Source: the human T2T-CHM13v2.0 reference genome, Homo sapiens. From it: a stretch of DNA of 64,000 nucleotides. The notes under the pieces were generated by a model, which ran no database searches, was not told the origin of the DNA, and was given only the letters and a program-made list of their open reading frames with translations. Both the position numbers and the translations under genes were made by a program. Location: NCBI RefSeq assembly GCF_009914755.1, contig NC_060932.1; one strand, given 5' to 3'. Positions 28,947-40,189 of the stretch are shown here, in pieces (within the stretch, counting starts at the first letter, position 1; the number at the start of each line of letters is the position of its first letter).

Positions 28947-30428
28947 CTACCTTTAGCTGAGAAACCACAGAGGAAAAATATGTAGAAAAACAACAGGGAC
29001 TTTAAAACCAGATACATATCTTCGGAAGTCATTTAGAGTATCTTTTCCTTCTGGTCTTGTCAAAGGTTAATACTAGAAGCCAAAGGAAGAAAACTGAGGA
29101 TCAACTGTAAGGAGTCAAGGGTATGCATGATTAGAAAAAATACACAAAGGAGAAAAATATTAACTTGTGTTAATTACGAATTTTGGTTCTGGAGAGAAAA
29201 TGTCCTTCTGGGTTTGAACTCCAGTTCTGCCAGTTCATAGTTATGTAATTGTCAAAGGAAAAAACTGGGTCAGGGTTCTCTAGACTTAGTGTTGAGGTTT
29301 GCATTACCAAAAAGACTATACACAGGAAAAAAAAAAAAAAAAAAGACATGTACTGTTTTTATCTACCTAAATCCCATTTCCTCCAGAAGAGTGTGAGGTT
29401 TTATATAGCAAAAATAAAAACACAGTCCAACTTTACAATCAGATTTTGGCCTAATAGGTAGAGAAGGGTGGAGAAGAAACACAGGCCATGGCAGGAATGG
29501 GCTCCCAGGACTCTCCAAAATTGGATTCCAGCCTAGGAGAGGACTGGTGTAACTGGATGGAGTTCTTTGGACACTGACAATCATAATGGGAACTTAAGGC
29601 TCTGTCAGGGTGGTCCCATTTTGATGAGGGCACAAAATTCCATTTACAGAATTTGGATGTTTATGATATGAACTTCAAAAGCTCACATAGACAATAAATC
29701 ATTTTAAAAGAAGCACTCTTGACTTCCAGTTACAGAATTATGACAGACAAGGTTACTCAAAAACACTTTAATAAAAAATTCCATAAATAATGGATAAAAT
29801 ATAACAAACATTTCTTTTAAATGCACCACTAAGCTCACAATAATGTAAAGTTATGTCCCCCAGGGGTTAAAAACAAAGCAACACTAAAAAGCCAGGTTGC
29901 TGGGCAGACATCAACTACAATTTCTTTGGGGTTTTGGGGATGGGGTAACTGGTTTTTGATATACAACCAGTGATGGGAGAGAAACCTTGAGCCTATGCTT
30001 CACTGGGTGTTGGGACTGATATCCTTCATTTGGATTCTGAACCCACCAAGGTCTGCATCCAAAGTAAAAATTGAACTAGTGGAAAAATCTTCTCACCAGC
30101 ATAGGCTGATAACAAAAAAATCTTTCCCACTGAGCTCTATACAGTATAGAAAAAAATATCCACTGAGAATTTATACTATAGACCTATTCCTCATGTAAGC
30201 CTGGGAATCAAATTCATACGAATTACACTTCAGAAGTCTCCAAACTAATAAATTAAGATTCAAAGTGGCCCTAAGATACTGATGACTCCTGAGGTTTTTG
30301 TATTAGAAACATTTGTTTCTACCAGAGAATCAAATGTTAAAAAAAAAAAAAAAAGCCCTAAAACCAGTTAGATCTAGAAACAGAGTTGAATGGGATTTCT
30401 TTTGTTGCCATAAATATTCGATTAATAA

Positions 30429-30830
30429 TGTGACACAGACTCATAAAACCCTTGCCTTGCCTCCTGCTTTTTTGATGCTCTCCTTCTTCCTAATGAGAAT
30501 CCTGGGGAATGTGCCCAGCTATAAAAACAAAAGAAAACAAGAAAACAAAGAAACAAAAACATTCCCACCCAGCCTCCTAGGGAGATGTGGCCATGTGACT
30601 AAGTTTTAGCCAATGAGATAAAAGCAGAATTTATTGGCTAGCTTTCTAGGAACTGTGACTTTAAGATAATATCCAAATGCTAAAATTCCTGACTTTATAA
30701 AATTCCCATATTAGCTCTAGAATGCACACTTCTGGATATCTTTTATGCGAAAGAAACAATAAACATGTTATTAGCCCACCGTTGGGTTTTTTTTTTTTTT
30801 TTTAGTTCTTTTTTATAGGCAACTGACTCT
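30429..30830 (+). mobile_element. Old MLT1 (I/J-like) LTR
   Basis: gatgtggccatgtgactaagttttagccaatgagataaaagcagaa. Confidence 0.7.
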
Positions 30831-30894
30831 TCATTTGTCTGGGAGTTGGTAAAAGTACAAATTTGAGGTAGACTGTTATAAGAATACATTTCCC

Positions 30895-31192
30895 AGCCAG
30901 GTGCGGTGGCTCCTGCCTGTAATCCCAACACTTTGGGAGGCCAAGGTGGGCAGATCACCTGAGGTTGGGAGTTCGAGACCAGCCTGACCAACATGGAGAA
31001 ACCCCATCTCTACTAAAAATACAAAATTAGCCGGGTGTGGTGCCGCATGCCTGTAATCCCAGCTACTCAGAAGGCTGAGGCAGGAGATCGCTTGAACCCG
31101 GGAGGCGGAGTTTGCAGTGAGCCAAGATCGTACCATTGCTCTCCAGCCTGGGCAACAAGAGCAAAACTTCGTCTCAAAAAAAAAAAAAAAAA
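30895..31192 (+). mobile_element. AluSp-like
   Basis: gggagttcgagaccagcctgaccaacatggagaaaccc; gggcaacaagagcaaaact. Confidence 0.93.
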
Positions 31193-31804
31193 TTTTTCCT
31201 ATAGTACACATCAAAATAATAATAATTAATTGATTAATAATTGAATACAGGGAATATGGGTAATCAGAAAAGACTAATAATTCAAGTACTTTTTTAAAAA
31301 TTCAAGAAAAAGAAAATAATAGGAATGGAGAACAAATGAGACAAATATAAAACCAACAGGAATGAGTTGATTTAAAAGCAAATATGTCATTAATTATATT
31401 AAATAAAAATACCCTATTTTATAAATCAAAGTTAATAAAACTGGATTTAAAAATAATGTTCAAAAATTAAACTTGGCATAGCTGTATTAGTATCAACAAA
31501 GTCGGCTGTAAAGCAAAGATTACTACTGGAGAAAAACAGAAATATTTCATAATGATAAAGAGGTCACTTGAATCAGAAAATATAACAATACCAAATTTTA
31601 GCACCTAAATTTTTATGCATCTAATGACATAGCCTTAAAGCACATGAAAAAACAGATTTAACTAACAAAATAATTAGACAAATACACCATCATGGTTGGC
31701 AATTTTAGTCTTTCATTAACTCATAGAAAAAGACACTCTTAAGGATTTGAAAGATCTGAATGCCAAGATTGATAAATGAGCCATTGGCATATATAGATAT
31801 CAGA

Positions 31805-31938
31805 TGTCAGAGGTGACCTTCCATCACTTTTTTCATATTCTGTTGGTCAGAAGCAAGTTGCAGGTTCCACATACACCCAAGAAGAGGGGATTAGATAATA
31901 TGACTCACTGGGGCTCACCTTGGGGTGTCTCTCCCACT
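31805..31938 (-). mobile_element. MLT1 LTR fragment
   Basis: ccatcactttt...atattctgttggtcagaagcaagt. Confidence 0.55.
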
Positions 31939-31940
31939 GC

Positions 31941-32290
31941 CATTCTTATACATTTGATAGCCATTTATTTAGATTGTCCATTATGTATCAGATACTGTGC
32001 TAGAGCTAGGACTACTGAGGTAAGTAAGCTGTAGTTATCTGCTCTCAAGCAGCTTTTAGTCTAGTGGGAGACAAAGACTCATAAACATTTAATAAACAAT
32101 ATGTATAGGCAATGAGAAAGGTATGAACAAGAAATATGAAATAGAGGCACCTAGCCCATCCTCGTGGTTGGTGACAGGAGTCAGGGAGACTGCATGGATG
32201 AAGACAGGCCTGAGATGATTTGGGAAGAATAATTTCTAATTATTTAGGTGGTGAGAGTGGGGAAACACATCACAAGTAAAAGGCATGACT
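31941..32290 (-). mobile_element. L2 3' end
   Basis: tatgtatcagatactgtgctagagctagg...ctctcaagcagcttttagtctagtgggagac...gtcagggagactgc. Confidence 0.8.
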
Positions 32291-32449
32291 TCAGTGAACC
32301 CCCTACATGTGTGTGCAGTGTTGCTGAAGGACAAGAATAAAGTGCTTTTTAAAATCAGCAACTTAAGACAAAGGGGAATGGAGGGGCTTATATACCTCTT
32401 TTCAAAGGGTTCATCACCTTGTGTTGTCAGTTGTCATCCTTTTCTGAGT

Positions 32450-32610
32450 TTTTTGTCTTTCCAGTTGGACCGTGAGGTCCCTGAGGATGGAGACCATGGC
32501 TTACACATTTTACAGCACCCTTTACCACCGCTCCCACCCTTTATAACATTGATTTCTCTAGGACCTAGCCCTGTGTCCAGCACATGTTTGTGGACTGAAT
32601 CAACGAACCA
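32450..32610 (+). mobile_element. L2 3' terminus
   Basis: gaccgtgaggtccctgaggatggagaccatg...ggacctagccctgtgtccagcacat...tgaatcaacgaa. Confidence 0.6.
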
Positions 32611-32619
32611 GCAAAATCA

Positions 32620-33460
32620 CTCTTTACTGGGAGTGGATGTTTATGGCCTGAGACTCCTGGCCTCTTTCCAACCTAGGGACCACCTGCCACCCCACCCAAA
32701 CCTCAAGCATGCTGTTGTGTGGCTTCTGCATCCACCCCACCTCAGCTGTGTCTGCGTCACTGGGCAGATGTAGGGATCCCCGTGTACCATGCGCACATGG
32801 CCTTGTTTGTGATTAGTGGGGCCCCGAGGGAAAGTAGACTAACCATCCAGCTCTGCTCTTCACATTTCATGTTGTGTTTTGTAGGAGGGCGGAGTGTGCG
32901 GCCAAGGGGAAGGGTTCGGGTGGGGGAGTCCTGTTTGCAGAGGGATGACTCGCCTGCATACTGCTGTGCTCCCTGCATTGTTCCCCAGGGGGCAAGGGAG
33001 GGGGCCTGGTTGTTCTTTTCAGTTCAGCCAGGTCACTGAGCAATTGGGGGAACACCCCCTCTCTCTGCCAAGTGGCAGTGTTTAGGCTGGGCCTGGCTGA
33101 GGAAGCCTGCTGAGTCACTTGGGACTGAAGTAGGCGGCAGGGGGAGGGTGCAAAACCCCCAAGCCCGAAGCAAAACAAACAAATCTCCTGTCTGCAAACC
33201 TCGAACCACAAACTGTTCATATGAGCAGAAGTGTTTTCATCCTCACACTCAGATGTGGCTTCATCTGTGAATAACAGGAGGTAATGCCCATGCCACCCTG
33301 AGATCCAGGTCAGGAGGGCAGCCAGATTTAGTAGGTCTGGAGCAGATCTGGGGGGAAAAAAGCCAGCTATCTTGTTCCAAGATATTTCTTAGCTCTCTGC
33401 ACTCCTGCCCATTTTGAATTACACTTGCCTCTTCCCCTCACCCCCCACCTCCCACCAAAA
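32620..33460. promoter_or_regulatory. Candidate enhancer (non-repeat, GC-richer motif cluster)
   Basis: GC box gggcggagt 32887, G4 motif 32906-32926, ETS core aggaag 33100, ARE/AP-1 tgctgagtcac 33108-33118, RUNX aaccaca 33204, FOX-like aaacaaacaaa. Motif evidence only. Confidence 0.4.
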
Positions 33461-34856
33461 GTCTGTTAGATCTCAGTCCTAGGATATGTCTGTAATTTTT
33501 AAAATTCTGTTTTTAAAAAGATATGTTATTGTGCTACAAGAAAAACCAGAGCAGATAGCTTCAGGCTAAAATAATAAAACAAGGCTTCATTAAAAAGTTT
33601 TCTCTGCAGGTAAAAAGGATGTAAATCGAGCAATATAAGTTGCCTGGGGTTAAACTTCAAGTTGAAGAAAAAAAGTGTGAAAAGAGCATAGCAGTAGGTG
33701 TTGGGAGATAGCAGCACTTCTCTGCCCCCTGTGCCCTACAGTGTCCTTGTCTGAGATAGGAGAGCCTATACCAGGACATCTCTAAGTTTCTTACTTAGCA
33801 GTCTACAAGTCTAAGCTGCTCACGATTGCTGAAAGGGTTTGCAGTGCTGTATCTTTAATCACCTCTCCCAGATTTTTTAGCATGCAGTCAGTGGAGTAAA
33901 TCTGGCCAGACTTCACTCTAATCCCAAAAGGGAAAGCTCTAAGTTAAAGAGTTGGAGCGCTGAATGAGTTTGGAAAGGCAGAAGAGCCTCAGGGAGTTGG
34001 TGTCTGAAGTCTTGGAAGAGGCAGTGAACAGCAAGAGTGAGGCTCAGATATCTGGAATCTGTTTCATGGTTTGTCTCTTTAATTCTGAGGATTTGTCCCT
34101 CCCTAGATTTGATTTAATGATGTTGTGAGAGGATCAGTTAACACTGAATGTCCATGTTGCAGATGACTATGCTGAGGCCACAGCCTGTGCCAAATTTTAC
34201 TCCTAGCAGGGCACACTACTTCCAAAGGACAAATAGACATTGGCTCTGTTACAGTTTGGAGGGGAGAGAGAAGAGATTGAAGCAGGTGCAGGGGAGAATT
34301 GGCTGCTTAGCTGCTTACACCCTGGCCCTTAGGGACTGATGATAGAATGGGGTTTGCTGTCTTACCCTTAACACCATCTCAGAGTATCGGACAATTCAGC
34401 CACAGGTGCATCTGGAGTTGCTTTGTAGTACAAAGTTACATGCTAGGATTCTGAGACTCACCGGATATGATTCTTGACCTCCAGGCAATTTAAATTGCAT
34501 TCAAGAAATGAGTCCTTTGCACGTGGAAATCTACCACATCAAAAGGCATGGTTGCTTTGTAGCTAAGATCATAAGCTCTAAATCAACAGACTTGAGTTCA
34601 AGTTTCAGCTCTGGTACATTTTACTTCTGTATGCCTGCAGAGCTGGTGGGTGTGGTTGTACTAGACATTCACTGCCCAAGGGTGTCAGAAAGTGTGTGAG
34701 TTCTAAAATCCAGCTCTCTCCTATTTAAACTAGTACCCTGGCATAGGAACTGCTCCTACTTGGAAGAAAAAATAGATTTATTTTTCTTATTAGCACAGAA
34801 CTATCAATCACTTCCTAAACCATATGTTTTTGGGTTGTATCCACCTGGAGAGACCT

Positions 34857-35261
34857 TATCTTAATCTGTTCAGGCTGCTATAACAATATACTGTAAATTC
34901 GAATGATGGAGCCTTGGGGGATGAAAAAAAATACCATAGACTGGTTAGCTTATAAACAACAGAAATTTATTTCTCATAATTTTGGAGGCTGGGAAGTCCA
35001 AGATCCCAGGGCCAGTGGGTTCAGTGACTGGTGAGGGCCAGTTTGTGGATCATATACAGCACCTTCTTGCTGTGTCCTCACCTGGGGGGAGGGAATAGCT
35101 AGCTCTCTGAGGTCTCTTTTATAAGGTCACTAATCCCATTCATGAGACCTCTGACCTCATGATCTAATCACTTCTCGAAGACCCTGTGTCCTAAAATCAT
35201 TACATTGATGATTAGGTTTCAACATATAAATGATGGGGGACACAACATTCAGACCATAGCA
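34857..35261 (-). mobile_element. MLT1A-type LTR (3' LTR of a MaLR provirus)
   Basis: tatcttaatctgttcaggctgctataac...cttataaacaacagaaatttatttctca...ggggacacaacattcagaccatagca. Confidence 0.92.
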
Positions 35262-37265
35262 TTTCTCCCCTGGCCCCCCAAATTCATGTCCTTCTTACAT
35301 GCAAAATGCATTAATTCCATCCCAATAGCTTCAAAAGTTTTAACTCATTCTAGCACCAACTTTAAATTCGAAGTCCCAAATTTTATCTGAAATTTATCTA
35401 AATCAGATATGGGTAACACTCAAAGTACAACTCATCCTGAGGCCAATTGTTCTCCAGTTGTAAAACTGAAATCAAAGTTGTGTGCTTCCAACATACAATG
35501 GGAGAGGCACAGGATAGACATTCCTATGCCAAAAGGGAGAAATAGGAAAGAATAAAGGAGTGACAGGTCCCAAGTAAATTTGAAGCCCAGTGGGGAAAAT
35601 ATTAAATCTCAAACCTTCAGAATAATATTTGACTTGATGTCCTGCCTTTCAGACACACTGGGCTGTGATCTGGGCCCCAAAGTCTCCAGGTGACCCCACC
35701 ACTGTGGCTTTGCTGGGCTCAGCCCCTACCGTAGCTCTCACTGATTGGAGTCGAGTGCCTGTGGCTCTCCTAGGTTGGAATTGCACAGTGGTGGCTTTGC
35801 TGGTCTGAGGTGGTGGGAGCTCCACCCTCACGACTCCACTAGGCAGGAAGCCCTCTGCCTGGGATTACATCCCAAGGCCATGGTGGCTCTATCCTTTGAA
35901 AACTATGTAGAGGTAGCTATACCCCCATGGCTTGTGCATTCTGTGAACTGGCAGAGATGGCATCATTGAGACACTGCCAAGGTTTACTGTGGTCACTGCA
36001 ACTCGCGTCACACAAGGACCCGCTGGAACCACACGTAGGGGAACCTGGGTCAGCCAGGGAGCACTGCTCTGGAATGTGGGGAGTGGAGCTTAGAAATCGT
36101 TTTGCCCTTGAGGCCCTTGCACCCTCAGTCTGGGTTGGGAAAGGCAGCCTTAATCATCCCTGAAATACCTTTGGGCTCCTTCTTCCACTGTGTTGGAGAA
36201 TAGAGCCTGGCTTCAGTTTAGATGGCAGATCCAAATTCACCTCCTTACGAAAAGGTCACTTGTCCACACGCTTGTTCTCCACTAAACAGGCTTTGTCATT
36301 GATTTTTCTATTATGGATGGGCTAATAATCCACATTTTTAAGTTCTGCTTTTCTTTTGATTAAAAGTTCATCTTTACATTGTTTCTCTCTTCCTGGCTTT
36401 TACTATAAGCATTCACAAGAAGACAAGCCACCCACCCTCAACACTTTGCTTAGAAATTTCTTTAACTAAGAATTCTATCTCATCACAAGTTCATCTCGTC
36501 ACAATTCTATCTCTTCACAAGCTCATGTGCAAGTTCTACTTTTCACAAAACACTAAGACTTGGACACAGGCCAGCCGAGTCTTTTGCCAGTTTATAACAA
36601 GGATCACCTTTCCTCTAGTTTTCAGTAACATGTTCTTCTCCCTGAGACCCCATCAGAATGGCCTGTATTGTCCATATTACTACCGGCATTCTGTTCATGA
36701 CTACTTAGGTATTTTCTAAGATTGAGGCTTTCTCTCCAGCTCTCCCTCTCCCCCTAGCCCTTACCAAAATTGCCCTTAATAGTCTGGTCATGGCATTGTA
36801 AGCTTTTTCTAACCTACATCTCAAAGGCCTTCTAGCGGCTGGGTACAGTGGCTCACGCCTGTAATCCTAGCACTTTGGGAGGCCGAGGCAGGTGGATCGT
36901 CTGAGGTCAGGAGTTCGAGACCAGCCTGGCCAACATGGTGAAACCCCCCCGTCTCCACTAAAAATACGAAAATTAGCTGGGTAGTAGTGGCACATGCCTG
37001 TAATCCCAGGTACTCTGGACAGAGAGAGGCAGGAGAATCGCTTGAGCCTGGGAGGCAGAGGTTGCAGAGTGCCGAGATCGCACCATTGCACCCCAACCAA
37101 GACAACAGAGCCAGACTCTGTCTCAAAACAAACAAACAAACAAAAAACAAAAACAACCAAAAAGAAAAAAAAACCTTCTAGCATCTACCTGTAATCAGTT
37201 CTAAAGCTGCTTCTGCAGTTTGGGTATTTGTTACAGCAGCACCCCTACTTTAAAGTACAAATTCC
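35262..37265 (-). mobile_element. MLT1A/MST-type MaLR internal region (Alu inserted)
   Basis: PPT-like ggggggccaggggagaaa on the minus strand next to the LTR. Typical MaLR-int blocks (ccaaaagggagaaataggaaag, tttataacaaggatcacctttcctctag). Decayed PBS-side end cagcagcacccctactttaaagtacaaattcc. Confidence 0.88.
36837..37168 (+). mobile_element. AluS (Sq/Sx-like)
   Basis: Alu dimer with (CAAA)n tail. TSD aaaggccttctagc / aaaaaccttctagc. Confidence 0.94.
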
Positions 37266-37322
37266 TGTGTTAATGAGGGTTCTCTAGAGGAAGAGAAACA
37301 ACAGGATACACATAGATATATT

Positions 37323-38024
37323 CAGATGCTCCTCGGGTTACAATGAGGTTACTTTTATTTTTTTTTTGAGAATTTTTATTTTTTTCTTTTTTTGAGACAT
37401 AGCCTTGCTCTGTCGCTTAGGCTGGAGTGCGCGATCTTGGCACGCTGCAACCTCCGGGTTCAAGCGATTCTCCTGCTTCAGCCTCCCGAGTAGCTGGGAT
37501 TACAGGCATGTACCACCATGCCTGGCTAATTTTTGTATTTTTAGTAGAGATGGGGTTTCACCACATTGGCCAGGCTGGTCCCGAACTCCTGACTCCTCGG
37601 CCTCCCAAAGTGCTGGGATTACAGGCGTGAGCCACCACGCCCAGCCGGGGTTACATTTTTATAAACATACTGTAAATTGAAAACATTGTAAGCCAGAAAT
37701 TCAGAGCATCATAGCTTAGCCTAGCCTACCTTAAACATGCTTAGGACACTTACATTAGCCTGCATTTGAGCAAAATCATGTAGCGACACAGTACACTGTA
37801 AAGTGTTGGTGGTTTACTCTCATAATAGCATGGCTGACTAGGAGCTGTGGCTCCTGGCCACTGCCCAGCGTCGTGAGAGAGTATCATCCCACATATTGCT
37901 AGCCTGGGAAAAGATCAAAATTCAAAATTCAAAGTATGGTTCCTACTGAATGTGTATTGTGTTTGCACCATCGTAAAGTCAAAAAAAATCATAAGTTGAA
38001 CCATCATAAATCGGGGATTATCTG
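37323..38024 (+). mobile_element. MER47 (TcMar-Tigger non-autonomous element)
   Basis: cagatgctcctcgggttacaatg...catcatagcttagcctagcctacc...catcataaatcggggattatctg followed by TA. Inverted termini. Confidence 0.88.
37353..37646 (-). mobile_element. AluS with small internal deletions, inside MER47
   Basis: Reverse Alu. TSD gaggttac / ggggttac. Confidence 0.92.
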
Positions 38025-38827
38025 TATATATAAGAGGAGATTTATTATGGGAATTAGCTCATGTAATTGTGAAGGCCAAGAGGCCCCATGATATATCATT
38101 TATAAGCTGGAAACCTAGGGAAGCCAGTGGTATAATTCAGCCTGAGTCTGAAGGCTTAAGGACTAGGAGAGCTGATGGTAGCATAACTCCCAGATTGAGG
38201 ATGAAGGCCTTAAAGGTGGGGTGTGGTTTGAGGAGTGCTAGTGTAAGTCTCAGAGTCTAAAAGCCAAAAGCTTCAATGTACAAGGGCAGGAAAAGATGGA
38301 TGTCCTATCTCAAGGAGAGAGACAGAGATAATTTGCTCTTCCTCCATCTTTTTGTTCTATCTTGGTCATCAGTGGGTTGGGTAATACCCATGCACATTGG
38401 TGAGAGCAGATCTTCTTTCTTTAGTCTGCTGATTCAAATGCTAATCTCTTGTGGAAACACCATCACAGACACACCCAGAAATTATGTTTTACCAGCAACC
38501 TGCGCATCTCTTAACCCAGTCAAGTCGATACATAAAATTAATTATCACAGAGCTTTCAATTTTTACAAAGGCATCACGTGAGCCAGTGTATGGGTCAGTG
38601 GTCACCTTGTAATCTCAAACACTTGCTTATCTTTTACGATCTGCAGTCTCCTCATCTGAGAAGTAGGGAGAACACAACACACTTTATGAAACTGTGTAGT
38701 GATATGTATAAACAAGCAGTCTAGTAAGTGCTTAGAACTGAATGATGGAAGTTTGATAAACAGCGCCTTTATTATCAACCCTGTAATACCAACCTCAATG
38801 ATTTACTCTGATTAAAGAGTCAGAATA

Positions 38828-39140
<313 letters not shown>

Positions 39141-39957
39141 TCAAAATAATGTGATTAAATGAGTTTTGTAAAAATCATGCAACAAATGGCCTGTGCTCAA
39201 TTAATATTAGCAGGATTTTTTTAGTTCTCTTTTTTCCCCCTAGAGTTCAATAATGTTATGATAAGTAGCAGAAAGCATGGGTGAGATTGAGGGTGAAGAG
39301 AGGGGTAGATCCTTCAAGTCAGGGATCAAGAAACTTCATAGTAGAGGTAGAATTTGAGTTGAGCATTCTGTGTAAAGATGCTTGGCAACAGGAGATGAAA
39401 CTTTTTTTTTTCTTTTTTTCACCGTGTCTTAACCCATTAACTAAATATCAGCAAAAACCCTGAAGAGAGAGGATAATATTGGACAATTGGGGAGCTTCTT
39501 TTGGACTGGCAGTGGGTTGGACATTCTTTAGCATAGGAGCCCTTATCTAGCTAGCCACAGTGGATTATTAAAGGCTTGGTAACTATTCCTTAAGGAATGT
39601 GTTTGACTTCTAGCTGCATTGAATAGAGAATATTACTTCTACAATTATGCTGATGACATTTCAGCTAGTGAAAAGAGCCACGGGCAGTAATAAATGGATC
39701 TGTCATTATCCACTGATATCCCATCATACCCATTCTGTGAAGACTGGCTGCTGCTAACTGCAGTGAAGAGAGAGAGGGACCTCTTGTTCCCATCCCATAT
39801 TCAAAGGCCCACTTAGTCTAAGATGATAGAAAGTGAAAGGATGCTGGGGTTTTTTTGTTTTTTCCATCTGTTTTAAAGGTAGCAAAAGTCTTGCAATTTT
39901 TCAAATCATTAAATGCAAACATGAAAATTCTTATTTCTCTTTTTCGTTGTTCTGCTT

Positions 39958-40092
39958 TGTGGACTGGATCTTGAATCTAGGTCTTGTTCTACCTGTAGCT
40001 GCCTATGTGACCATGGGCAAGTCACATCATCCCTCTAAATTATTTTCCTTCATTATTTAAATGATAGAACTTTCATCCTTTCTAAAGTAGAT
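39958..40092 (+). mobile_element. MIR/MIR3 fragment
   Basis: tatgtgaccatgggcaagtcacatcatccctct. Confidence 0.7.
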
Positions 40093-40189
40093 CTTTTCAC
40101 TTTGTAATTCGTATAACACCACCATTTTAATTTTCTTTCTAAGATTTATCAAAAGTTATAAGTACTTTATGTATTTATAACGTTTAAAA

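Larger units (their letters stand above)
29720..31800 (+). mobile_element. Ancient L1M fragments (5' region, and EN-domain region ~31300-31800), interrupted by an MLT1 LTR and an Alu
   Basis: tagctgtattagtatcaacaaag and atttcataatgataaagaggtca...aatataacaatac resemble L1 EN VAILISDK / HFIMIKGSI..EDITI. The 5' part is less certain. Confidence 0.6.
37266..38549 (-). mobile_element. MLT2-family (B/C-like) LTR, interrupted by MER47 and an Alu
   Basis: tgtgttaatgagggttctctagag...gagatttattatgggaattagctca...ggaaacaccatcacagacacacccagaaa...cataaaattaattatcaca. Clearly homologous to the MLT2 copy at 24853-25629. Confidence 0.9.

Noticed and set aside
27401-29032. Dense overlapping ORFs on both strands
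   Set aside because: A by-product of the GC-rich MER52 LTR; no gag/pol/env or other recognisable motif.
32285-33220. ORFs of 106-162 aa around the candidate enhancer
   Set aside because: No recognisable domain, partly L2-derived, overlapping on both strands, and no splice or codon evidence I can support.
36471-36526. Imperfect 24-bp duplication in the MaLR internal region
   Set aside because: Ordinary small tandem duplication in dead TE sequence; no sign of function.
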